A stretch of DNA of 64,000 nt from Marsupella aquatica (taxonomy: Eukaryota; Plantae; Marchantiophyta): the NCBI GenBank assembly GCA_973895155.1, contig OZ316893.1:11103660-11167659 (forward strand), read 5' to 3'. Positions 13,480 through 25,002 of the stretch are shown here, in pieces. The notes under the pieces were generated by a model, which saw only the letters and a list, made by a program, of their open reading frames with translations, ran no database searches and had not been told where the DNA came from. Positions within the stretch are counted from its first letter, which is position 1. Every line of letters starts with the position of its first letter. Position numbers and translations under genes: made by a program.

Positions 13480-13719
13480 TCAATTACACGCTGCAGTGTT
13501 GGAGCAACCTAAACAAGAGACGCAATGGCTCCAGCTCCTGTCCTGATACATACATCCTTGCTTATCTTATACAGACAACTCTTTATATGCCATAGGAACA
13601 CACAATTCAACCGGAGTGAAACAAGGCAGGAAATATGGATGCTTCACAATAGAGAGTAATATTGATTCCAGTAACTTAATATGAATATGCATTGGCAGAG
13701 AGTACTATGGTATTATGAG

Positions 13720-14050
13720 CTTGGGGCCTCACACCAAGGGAGGTCTCATAACATGCGCAAAGTTTTCAAGTAATAAACACCCTAAAACTTAAGAAATAAT
13801 GTAAAATTTCTCCATGTTATTAAACCCTAACTTTACACAATTGAAGTTATCAAATTGAAGCAAAGAAAAGGATGTTCACATAAGAAGAAGAAAGGAGTTG
13901 CCATAAAATGCTTAACCTTTTTAAAGGGGTTTTTCAATTCAATTGGGCGTAAGACTCTAAATTTTTGTTGAAGAACATAAGAGGAGTTTTATATCAATTT
14001 TGAGAATAATAAGAAATATGGGGGTTTTTAATATCAAATTGGGAACTTCA
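13720..14050. mobile_element. Truncated/rearranged MITE fragments of the same family
   Basis: CTTGGGGCCTCACACCAAGGGAGG...TGCGCAAAGTTTTCAA matches the start of the 13177 copy; 13915-14050 matches MITE internal sequence in the opposite orientation. Confidence 0.6.
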
Positions 14051-15895
14051 AATCCTGCGTGCAACATACACAAGATTATTGCACAGAGGCTATGAATGTA
14101 GCAGAAAAAGACACATAAAATTGAGAGCTGTGAGTTTGTGTTCAATAGAGCTTTTACTTTTACAAGGTAAATTAATGTAATAAACTAAGATCAACACAGA
14201 TAGATGAGACATGAACTTGAGAGCCTAGAACCTGCTTTGGTACAAATGATAATTTTTGCAAAGCATTTTAGACTCTAAAAGAACAGACAAAAGGATGCAT
14301 AGGTTTTCTATCATACAGTTAAGGTTTGAAGAGCTCCAAAATCAAGTACTCCACCTAAAATGCTATAAAATTCCTTCAGCTGAGGTCTAATCCAACAGTA
14401 ATTGGCTCTATTCCTTTGTCGGAGGTGGTGTCAACCCATTACAGAGCTCCTTGCCCAGAGTGGTGGATACAAATCCAGCAATCATTGTATCTCACACAGA
14501 AGACCACCAAGCATGTACAGTGCTTCTTCAGCTGCATGTCGTCTATTCTTAACCTCCGGCCTCTTGGGATCTCCTACATACCCCAAATTCCTCCAGCTCC
14601 AGTCCCCAGTCTGTGACAGAAATTTGCACATATGAGCAGGAATTTGTGGGATATTTTGGCATCTCCAATCATCTCAAACCGGGAGACATTATCCCAAAGG
14701 CCAATCATTTCCTTCAATACATATACTATCACACTGCAAGAAAAAAGTACCAAACTGGGCAACAGGAGACAGGATCCATATTTTTGAGCACCTTGAGCTA
14801 GCCTACCCAGACTCATTCTACACATAAGGTGTGCAGCCACTTCCTCCCTTCTCAGTTGTCTGGTGTTTTTAATGTGGGAGCGCCAAACTGAAGCCATGTC
14901 AACACATTACACTCTATACATGGGTTGAGTGTAATACTGTCCAATCCAAGCCATTGGCAAATCTAAAACTAAAATTAGACAATTTAGTTACTAGCAATAA
15001 CAGGATGCCCGGTCCCATTTATGTACTCAGCACAAGAGTCAATCTTGAGGCTCATTAAGAGCCTCAAGTACTGCCCGTGCCTGCTGCCCGGCCCTTTACA
15101 ATTTTTTTGAGTTTTGAAGAGCATGAATGAACTCCACTTTTGGGTGGTGTGAATGGTAAAAGGGGAATGGGCTGTCGTGCGCATACACATTGCTACACAA
15201 CATACATCGCTTGTCACATACATCTAAACATAGTCTACCCGCCACATCACAAACACCAGAGAATGGAATACAAGTGGAATTCATGTCCTCGCTCATGTCC
15301 ACACATGTCCAAAACCCACAATAATCTCAATAGAATCAAGCCACTATCGATGCCAATCAAACATCTGATCCTGTCCAAAATGATCACATATAGATGTTGA
15401 GCCCTCGGGGGGGTCACTGTATGTAGGGCTCTACATCACGTGCGACGTTTTAGGGTCTGGACCCCCTAACTTTTAAGTGAAATTTTTTTTTCCCCACTCC
15501 CTCACTTTCTGAAAAGTGACCATTTTTTGAATTGTTTACCCCTATAAAACTTTATGGAAAGTTTTATGATGATTTAAAAAATGCCTATTAAGGAAAGTAA
15601 AGTACCTCAATAGTGTAGAGCCAATTGTGCAAATTAATGCACATTTCCAATACATTCAATGAATTTATATCATGAAGCTGAATATATTGTAAATTGCATT
15701 CATTATCATGCAACAACTTGTAGTTTTCACTCTTGAATAGTGAAGCATGGTGGGTGCCAGATACTATGAATAGGTAACCGAACACCTTAGGTTGCCTATT
15801 CAAGGCATCAGTACTCTACCTTGTTTCACAAACTTCCGCATGATGATGTCCACATCTCTACCTTCCTTCACAAACTCATGCATGATAATGTCCAC

Positions 15896-15954
15896 ATGAC
15901 GGAGGGGAATTGAACCCCTGATTGAGCATAAATCTCAATTTGCCAATCCGCCAT
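15896..15954 (-). ncRNA. 59-nt tRNA-like (D-arm-reduced, mascRNA-like) structure
   Basis: ATGGCGG-ATTGGCAA-ATTGAG(ATTTATG)CTCAAT-C-AGGGG(TTCAATT)CCCCT-CCGTCAT: 7-bp acceptor stem, 6-bp hairpin, canonical 5-bp/7-nt T arm. Confidence 0.55.
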
Positions 15955-16043
15955 CCCCTACTCTACTCCCTCCCACTAACCCTACACATGCATTACATAC
16001 ACACACAACAAACTACTTTTAATAAACCATAGTCAATTATATA

Positions 16044-19000
16044 TCACAATTTACTCACACTTTGAATGTATGTAGTCAAAGCTTGCAAGTCACTTGCATC
16101 TAGTACATACACTCTGTCAACTATACCAGACTTCATTGTCAAGTTCACATTTGAAATTACCATCTCAATATCAATCCATTGTTCATCTGTTGCATCATAA
16201 GTGAACAAAGTTTTGTTGTTACCAGTAGATTTGTACCAATTACACTGCAAGCGGCACACACTTCCACTCTGTCCAACTGCAGGTACAGGCCTGTCCAACA
16301 GATCTATTGCTTTCCGACGTCTGACCCAATGGGAGCCATTCTTCTGTATCATAAACTCAATCCTACCCAACCAATATTCCTTCTTTGCAGATGTTGCATC
16401 CACAATAGGCCCTTTATCTATTCCCTTCCTCTTCTTTGACTTGGATGATCTGGTAGAAGGACCAACCTCTGTAGCAGACTCAAACAAAACTGCTATATCA
16501 GTACCAATGTCAACCAAACAAGTCACAGAGTCACCATTTTCTTTCTCCTTACCAGTAGTGTAATAGGTCTTCTGGGCTATCCTAGTTAGCCTATCCTTTG
16601 ACATGAAAGGATTGCAGCACAATTGACTCACAAGAGTGGACTTGTAGATAGTCCTTCCCTCATAAGTTACAGTAGACACTACTGACCGGGGTGTCTGCAC
16701 ATCAGTTAAGTCTGCTTGAACTCCAGCCAAGACATGCCTTACTTCATGTCCTAGTGTCTCCATCTCACAAAATGGGTTAGTATCCACCTCAATTGAATAA
16801 TCATCAACTGTTAGTGGCTCAATACAATCCTGACTGTCCAGAGTGTCCCATGAATCAATCCGATTGAGATCTTCTTCAGGATCTTCAAACTCTAGAAACT
16901 CTCCAATTGGGGGCTCAGGTCTAGGGCCTACAGTAGATCGATGCTCAACTGTGTCTTCAGCATCATCACATAACACAGCCTCTTTCATGACACTTGTATC
17001 CGGCCAAGTCTCTGCCTCCACTTCCCAAGGATGAACCCACCATCGTCTTTTCGTTGCTGGCAAAGAACTTCTTGGTGACATGTTCAGCTTGCACAACAAA
17101 TCCTTTGCTTCCTGCAAACCTTCCTTTAAAGCATCAACAACCAGCTCATTAGTCAGAACTGCAGAGTAATCAAATAAATTTGGAGCTTGTTCTCCTTCAT
17201 CCAGAGGATGTAAAGTTGCCCAAACATGATCCTGTTTATCATGTGATCGACGTATCTTCAATCCCTCTGGTCCATACTCTAATCCAGCTAGTCGATCAGT
17301 CCCACTGCACTGTCCAGTAGAGATCCAAAGTCATAATTTCTCTCATGGCCACTCATGCCACCTACCTTGCTGAAAAATATCTCACAACAATCTGATCCCA
17401 GCAAGTGAAATGGTACTTGCAGATATGGGAACTTGTCCCGAAAGGCACAGACTAACAATACTACAAAATGACAAGACATGTTGATATCATGGAAAGCCTG
17501 CACAGAAATCATGTTCTTCTCTGTGATAGATCCAGCATTCCCTGTCACAGAATGATCACCATACCTCAACCATAGCCTCCACAATCGGAAGAACCAAGAT
17601 ACCTTTGATGCCAAGACAACACGGGTTCTTAGGTCATGCTTAACAGAGAAGAAAATATCTATGTAGTCTGCACAAACCTCCAAGTATATCATGGTCCCAA
17701 AGCTTCTGTCATGACGAACATCTCGTCGCTCATACATATGCTGCAGGCAGGCCTGCACTCTCCTGGAAGCTATTCGTTGTGGGCCAGCCCAGTTTTGTCT
17801 ATCTGTCCTATTCACATCATCCCAATGCAAACCATGCTCGTGAATTGCATAATGGTTATAAACAGATGTGACATATGACAAAGATGCATGCTGATCACCA
17901 AGAACTAACATAGCAGACACTCGGTCCAATGGGTTAATTGCCTTCTTGCCATTGTGAGGTGGGTCTTGGTCTCCAAAACCATATAGATCTCCATTCGGAA
18001 GTATGGACACTGAGTATTGCCACCCAACCCATCCTACACTGTACCTAGGAAAGGAACCATTCACAGCAGTATAATCTTCCATCATCAATTTCCTACGACG
18101 AGCATCACCATCACTAGCATGGCCCAACAAAGGACCAACACTGTCTCTGCAATGTGTGTCCCACATGGACTTCAGCTGCACCCAATGCTCTCTTACCCAG
18201 GGAGCTCGAAACTTGTTACATGTTGGTAGAACACACAATGCCAATTTAGGCATCTTTGCATGCAGAGGATTGACAATGATTACTCTAGCATACATGCCTT
18301 TGGCATATTGCTCAAAAGTACTTACAATCTTGTCATACCCTTCAGTACCTGCTCCAACCAGTACTTCCAAGCCAAAAGAACATGTGTGCTCTTCTAAGGG
18401 GCCACAGAAACCAATGAGGGTGTCATATTTAGCTTCCCATCTGTCACACACAATAGAATACAGACATCAGTTCATGACACGCAAACTCACCCAACACATT
18501 CAAAAAAACAAGCTAATTTACTACAGAGACAAAAACACAAACCTGGGTCTCTCTTTGATCCTTGTTTCATCTTCAGCAAACATTACTGGTACATCTCCTG
18601 CAATTCCAAGTGACTGCTTTGATGCACACAGTACTCTGCACACCTCCTGGAATATCTCTTTTCGAATGCCAGCTCTAAAGGGTGGGAGTTTTGCTCTATC
18701 ACGTTTCAAGGTCTTTAGACCTGGACCACCTAGGTTAGCCTGGAAACAATGAGCCACTTGTCTGCCTCCAAACTGAAACATGGCTTGGGAGAAGGCCTTG
18801 GTTCTCTTACTGTATCGATAACCCTTAGCAACTCTCTGCAAGTTCTTAGCTACATCTATCAGGAAATCCCACAACCCTTCCTTGCCACCAAAAGCACCAC
18901 ATCTATGTCCATTCACAATATTTCTCAGAAACAGTCTTAAATCTTTCCTATCATGGGCTACTCCTAATAAATCTTCTAGCTTCTTTCGCCTAACACTCAG

Positions 19001-20638
19001 GGCACAAATGTTTTGAGCCTGTTGTGCCAACAACCAACGCTGTTTCCTAAAGCGAGTGGTGAGGTTACCAACATGTTCCCTCAGTTCGGTTTTGGTCAAG
19101 TATGCCAACCTCATCCCACCCTGTGTAGTCCTGTCTCCTCTTTGCACTAATGCTTCCGCTTCCCTGTGCACCCTGCCACGAAAATCATCTTCACGTTTTA
19201 TAGAATCACATGGAGTGCAAGTGAGGTTTTGAAAACCACCTCCATTAATGGACACCCTGTGACATTGCTTGTGCCTAAAACAACCCTGTATACCAACAAC
19301 TGACTGACTAGTTACATTGAAAACCTCAGCACAGGTTGTACGGTCACAATCCCACACATTTCCTCCCTCTTGATCATCAAGTATGCCTTTCACGGTCATA
19401 GAATCCCCTGTCCACTTCACGTCTGACTCCCACAGGCCCCAACAAAGCAAACTTAAACTTGGCTCAATGGAGGAATACAACCCACCTCTGCCTGAACTGC
19501 TCCCTGCAGCAGAGCTGTCCTCTCTAAAGAAATTCAGAATAGAATTTTGAGATGGAAATAGATCACGAGCATCAGGCTTCCTTGGTCTCCCCTTCTTCCC
19601 TGCCCTCAGTGCAGCCTGGGTACTGGTGACAACGTTCTCAAGTGCATCCATATGATCCCGACTGACAAGGTGTTGCCTTAAATTGTGTTCCAAATTGGAT
19701 TTCTTAGGGCACATGTCAGTATGTAGCTTGCCACAGACTGTACATCTGACCTTAAACAGGAATGACCTATGTGCAAATGTTGGATCAGTGGGAGATGGTG
19801 TGATAGAGAACACTTCTACCACCCCACCTACCTCTGCATTCAACTTTCCCACTATTTCCACACTAGCCCCTATTTGCATACTATGATCAAACAATGGTTG
19901 CTGTATAGTGTCAGCAGCCGTCACCAAAGCTCCAGGTATACCCCTTCGCTTACACCAGTTCTCCTTGTGTTTAGGGTTGGTCAGGTGCTTTGTCTTGAAA
20001 TTGCTAAAGCAATTTGCGATGGACTTGAGCACCTGTGAATTGGCTGCATTCCCATAAGTCTCCCTACACTCTAAGCATTCTAGATGACCTCGACACTCCC
20101 CTCTCTCATCCCACGTCCGCACTCTCCACTTGTGCTCACCGAAGCCCTTCTGGTTTACCCAGGATCGTAGCTTCAACCACTCATCATTCCAGGTCTTTGA
20201 TGCAGCCTTAGACATGAGGTGAGACTCAAAGGAGCCTGTGACAGGCAGTACAATAGCCTGTACTGGCACCCCTTCTGTTTGTCCTTCAGTCAAGGGAATT
20301 GTGCCTGCCAAATTGGACACAGTGGCAGCAGATGAATGAGAGGAACCAATTGTGACCCTCTCAGTAGGCAAGGCAACTGAGGGTAATTGTGCAATCACGT
20401 AAATTGTCCCTTGAAGTTCAGTCACCCCAACAGTCTTCTCTGAAAAGCGCCGGACTCGACCAGGCAACCTCTCATCCCAAAAATCAAAGTCAAACTCTAC
20501 TGCTCCTACACATTTCAGACGGAAATCTGCCAGAGTCTGCCCTTCTTTGAAGGACATGACACAGATTGGCGTATCAGGCTTTCCTCCCTCCCCACCCTTT
20601 TCTACCAATCTGACAGAGCTCATGCCTAGGTGTGCCAT
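16044..20638 (-). CDS. P-element/THAP9-type DDE transposase, ~1497 aa after splicing and correcting one frameshift
   Basis: Exon 20638-18543, GT-AG intron 18542-18441, exon 18440-16044 with an apparent 1-bp deletion near 17296. Motifs in P-type order: YSKRTKAF..MF..GG....LGGPGLKTLKR (HTH), MFAEDETRIKERPRWEAKYDTLIGFCG (D1), HASDGD (D2), DQDPPHNGKKAIN (DxxH), GSDCCEIFFSKVG (E). Two N-terminal C2H2-like zinc fingers. Confidence 0.85.
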
Positions 20639-20789
20639 GATGGACAGTTATACAGGCTGTGAAAGTAAGGGACAGGGATTAGGTAGATGAACCTGTCATA
20701 CAACGATGGACAGACATGGAAAAAGATCAGGACTCAAGTCAACCATTCACAATGTCATTTGAACACTCAATCTATTGTAGTCAATGAGA

Positions 20790-20931
20790 CTTACTTAAGT
20801 CCATTTCAATTCATCAAAATTCCATTTCGTTCAAGCAAATACTTAAGTCCATTTCATTCATCGAAATACTTAAGTCGATAGCATGCAACCAAATACTTAA
20901 GTCCATAGCCTTCAACCAAATACTTAAGTTC
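20790..20931. repeat. Array of five ACTTAAGT palindromes upstream of the transposase
   Basis: ACTTAAGT at 20793, 20841, 20868, 20895, 20922; the last four are exactly 27 bp apart with variable spacers. Confidence 0.85.
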
Positions 20932-21123
20932 ATATAATTTAGGTTGTCTTATGGGTCCCGTACAAAAAAGGTTCAAGTTATAAGATGGTGAAATCAATAG
21001 CAGTCATGCTGGTCTAGTCATGGGTACTAGGGATATCAGAACCCTCAGGGATGACATGGCGAGTACAGTAAATCATGCGCCACTGTCCAATGTCCCAGGT
21101 GTCTCGGCCCCTCACCCTTCTCC

Positions 21124-21720
21124 TCAAGTGCCTGTCTGCTGTTGGTCCTTCATCACGACACCATGCACGAGGGCATCTACGACATTGGACAAAATCCCAA
21201 ATGCCCTCCCGATACTCCTTACAGACCTCACAGTAATGTCGTGGGCATATAAGAGCATCGGGAGTGCATCAGGGTTATCTGGATGGCGGGTGAAAGGCAT
21301 TTCCCCCAATCGCAGAAGTGTCCGAAGACAGCCCACATGGTAAAATGAGTAGCAGTCATCATGAGAACACTGTATCACAAGGGGCTCATCTGTGGTGGGT
21401 CTCAAGGTTCTACCAAGGAGTCCACAACCAAAACATCTTCCTCTGTTTTGCTGACAGAGGTCACAAAGCCAAGCTGCAGCCCAATCATGACCTCTGGAAA
21501 TGACAATCCGCTGACATGTAGGTCCATGGCCATCTTCTTCATCAGGGTTGTGGCCATCAACTACATAATGAAAATGGCGACCACAAGGGCCATCACAAAA
21601 CAAAACAGTTCCTCCCTCGTCACAGTGAAAACAACATGGGGATCCATACGGAGGTGCTCCCTATGCCCAAATCTTGGATCCAGCAGCTGACGAGCAATGT
21701 GTGCCATGCTGAACAAGATC
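21124..21720 (-). CDS. EDM2/NSD-like tandem PHD-finger coding region (in-frame TAG at 21661-21663; possibly pseudogenised)
   Basis: CFHCDEGGTVLFCDGPCGRHFH...C...WLCDLCQQNRGRCFGCGLLG...VIQCSHDDCYSFYHVGC has the Cys/His spacing of EDM2 PHD1-PHD2; splice acceptor TTTTGCAG near 21720. Confidence 0.75.
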
Positions 21721-21876
21721 TGCAAAATTACCTTCAAAAATTAGGGGCAGGCATGTGATGTACCAGAAGGAGCAACAGTCCACCAGCAATCACAGCCAGT
21801 AGCCTCCACCAGGGGCATCACTTCCCTGTGGGCTCCTTTGATCCATCCTGCAATGTGAGCAATGTAGAATCATAAG

Positions 21877-22389
21877 TCAGCAACTTGAATGTGCATCACC
21901 ATCGTGGGCAGAACCTGGACGTGTCCCACCACAGACACAATCATTGATGAAATGACAAGTATTCCACGCTAGGCAACCGCCCCATGCCATTCTTGCCATG
22001 TACTGTGCTTCAGTCTGCACTATGTTTGAGTCACCTCCCCTACAACGATGACATGTTTGGGTGTGACAATGGAGACAAGCCTCCAATAAGACACAGCTCT
22101 CATCCAACACTCCATCTACGTCTTTAACAAGACGGATACTATTTGGCACTAGTGGGGATGTACTCAGCCTGTTGTAATGGTTGCCAGACACAGATGGATA
22201 GCCCCAGCTTACAGCACAGTCTGTAGGCACGATCCCAGAGTGGATCATCTTCACACGAAATCGCACACCCTTCTGTTGATGGTACTCAGATAGAGCACTG
22301 CGTGTGACAACCATCTTCAATGCACCTGGGAATGCACCTAGACTGAGATTGTGCTCACTCCAACAAAATGACAAGTTCACAACAAACAA
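21877..22389 (-). CDS. Cys/His-rich coding segment of unknown family (probable exon)
   Basis: 170-codon ORF with CLHCHTQTCHRC...GCLAWNTCHFINDCVC; flanked by splice-like sites. Confidence 0.5.
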   Translation of the reverse strand: MFVVNLSFCWSEHNLSLGAFPGALKMVVTRSALSEYHQQKGVRFRVKMIHSGIVPTDCAVSWGYPSVSGNHYNRLSTSPLVPNSIRLVKDVDGVLDESCVLLEACLHCHTQTCHRCRGGDSNIVQTEAQYMARMAWGGCLAWNTCHFINDCVCGGTRPGSAHDGDAHSSC

Positions 22390-22615
22390 GGTACAGGGGC
22401 CGACCTTTGCTCAGACCCTAAACTTCCCCAATTTCTGCCTTGCGCTAGAATGTCCCTGCAAAAAAAAGAGAAGCAACTAAGTTTTAAAAAGCTACACACC
22501 AAAAGTCCTATGCACAGTGCTTGAAGAGCACAAACAGCAGACATGCAAAGAATTGCAGCAGACAAGCAACACTTTATAAAATTGCTTCAAGAGCAGAGGT
22601 TACATTTAGAGTAAG

Positions 22616-23179
22616 CTACACACATCTACGTTTTGGCATGATCAAGTTTACACTTCTCCAAACTGCAGCTGCCTTATCTTGTTTAATCTTTTCTACTTCT
22701 CTCTTGGTACAGTCTGCCTCAGACTCTACCTCAGTCAACATTAAGTTGAAAGGGCCTTCGTCTACTAGGACTCCTACTTTGAGGGATTCGCACATCCATT
22801 CAAATGAGACAACTTTCAATGCATGCTCTTGAATGAGGGAATTTACATCAGACCATGTCCACTTGGACATGAGTGCTCCCCAAGAACCAGCAACAATGTG
22901 AGTGGTGTTGCTGGAAGCAATAGGGCAAAGCTGACCATGACGTTCAATTAGCTTTCTGCGCAAAACTTCAAAACGAGCTCTTGAAAATCCATGCAGAACT
23001 AAGAAGGCATTCACACCCTTCAAAATTGGCTTCGAAACTGAACAGGGCTTTGGTGTAGACTCATTTCTACGACCCATGGGACAATAAACCCTAAAGCTAT
23101 AAGGCCGTGTTGTCCTCTGCAACAGTGTGGAGCTTACTTGGATCCTCCCAACAACTTCTGTAGTCGGATTAGAGCCCAA
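22616..23179 (-). CDS. BRCT domain of DNA polymerase lambda/X-family type (probable exon)
   Basis: ILKGVNAFLV..G..RARFEVLRRKLIERHG...TTHIVA...KVVSFEWMCESLKVGVLVDEGPFNL has the BRCT hallmarks (THxV, WxxxS) and resembles the Pol lambda N-terminal BRCT; no polymerase core follows. Confidence 0.8.
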   Translation of the reverse strand: MGSNPTTEVVGRIQVSSTLLQRTTRPYSFRVYCPMGRRNESTPKPCSVSKPILKGVNAFLVLHGFSRARFEVLRRKLIERHGQLCPIASSNTTHIVAGSWGALMSKWTWSDVNSLIQEHALKVVSFEWMCESLKVGVLVDEGPFNLMLTEVESEADCTKREVEKIKQDKAAAVWRSVNLIMPKRRCV

Positions 23180-23869
23180 ACTCCTTCCTCAGCACCCAAG
23201 ATCGACTGAATCTGCACATTCCATAGACAGTCAAAATATTGAATGGCTACCCTGTCTCCATCAAGACATTGACTGTGGCAAATGGCGTTTACACAACTAT
23301 TGACAGCGTTTCCAGAAATAGTGGACAAAAGATTCAACAAATTGAGTAGCAAACAAACGGACATTGGAAACAAAAGAGCAAGAGAAACAATTGAGTAAGA
23401 AACCAGAGATGAAGCACAGTCCACAGATAGTGTCTTCTATAGCAGTGAGGGTCTGGGGCTGCGTGATGATGCCCGCACTAGTGACCAAGAATATAGCACG
23501 CAATACACAATGTGGGGAAAATGAAGATGACAAATGTCCTTCCGGATGCGAGTGGGGGATGCCAGCCCAGATTTAAAATGTAGCCCTTGCAGACAATAAT
23601 GTTGACCTGTACTATGACATTGTTTAGTCTTACAATCAACAACAGGACGATGAGCAATGTCCAAAGGGCATGAAAATGATAGGCAACAAACCACTAACCT
23701 TCACTGCTCAAAGTTGACTAGCAGTAGCGAACGTCTTGACAAGCTCTTGAACTTGCGCAGTCCTTCCGGCCTCCGAACAGTCCTTCAAACTAGCGACAAT
23801 AGCACTCCTCACGACCTCCAAACTCGTGGCAATAGCAGTCCTCCTAGTTGTCTCAAAGAGAATCAATCT

Positions 23870-24245
23870 CGCGGAAGCAGCAGTCCTCTCGGCCTCCACA
23901 GTCAACTAGAGATCCAGGTTGCGGCAGCAAACAACAATCCTCCAATTTCTCATGAAGAAATTGGAGCTCCAAACTCGCAGCAACAATACTCCTCCTAGCC
24001 TCCACAATCAACTAAAGATCCAAAATGGTGGCAGCGCATAGCAATCGACCTTCGATTTCTCACAAAGAAAATGGGGAGCCTCCAAACTCGCACCAACAGT
24101 CCTCCCGGCCTCCTCTGGCACAGTCCACTAGAGCTCCAATGTTGCAGCAGCGCTGCACAACAATACTCCTCCGATTTCCCACAAATAGATGGAGCTCCGA
24201 ACTCGCACACCCAGTAGTCCTCCCGGCCTCGCGATCCACAGTAGA
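23870..24245. repeat. Diverged ~110-bp tandem repeat (~3 copies) inside the transposon
   Basis: Recurrent TCCTCCCGGCCTCCACAGTCAACTAGAG...GATTTCTCACAAAG...GAGCTCCAAACTCGCA. Confidence 0.7.
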
Positions 24246-25002
24246 CCCTATTCCACAACCAGGACAGAATGAATGCGGGAATGAATGTGAGGCACCAACA
24301 AACATTAAGGCGACGATGTTGAAGCACATTACAAATTGAAGCAATGATTATGAATGCAGCAAAACAGCAATGTGTACAGACCTTCGCAATGTGTACAGAC
24401 AATCGTGACCTCCACAATGAGCTCGATCCAAACCTTTAGCCAGGCAGCGACGTCCTCCCACTATTTCTTCAGAGCGCCGCCTTCCTCCTATTCAAATGTC
24501 AGCAAAATAATACATCAGAAGAAAGTATCAAGCAAAAGCTCAAAGCAAACTAAACTAAAACATGAGCCGCAAGTGCTGCACAAAAAATGCAAGTCTGCAA
24601 CACCTCTCAAATGCAACAGCTCCTCTCAACCTCCGGCCTCCTCTCCAATGCAACCGCAGTAGTTCTCGACCTCCAGCCTCTCCAATGCAACAGGGAGGAT
24701 CGCGCAAGTAGTAATCATGTCAGTAGGGGAACAGAGGACCAAGGCAACAATGAGGCCAACTCGCTGCGACCTCCCAAGCTCGATGTAATGTCCCAAGCTC
24801 TCACAATGGTTTGGGACGATGATGCAACAACTTGCAATGGTCTGGGACCCAACTCCAAGTGATGGCGCACAGGAAGCAGTCAAATGGTCTGGGCGCATAA
24901 GAAGCAGTTGGCAATCACAATAAGCAGAACACTGGACCACAATCACGCGCACCTCCAAGATGGCAATGACAGTGAGCACACAGTACATGGCGATGGTGAG
25001 TG

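Noticed and set aside
15896-15954. Functional ochre-suppressor tRNA (loop centre TTA)
   Set aside because: No D arm, non-canonical loop bases and only a 1-nt variable region; not a translational tRNA
20790-20931. 27-bp repeat/spacer pattern as a CRISPR-like array
   Set aside because: Core is only ~12 bp, spacers ~15 bp and related to each other; kept as a motif array
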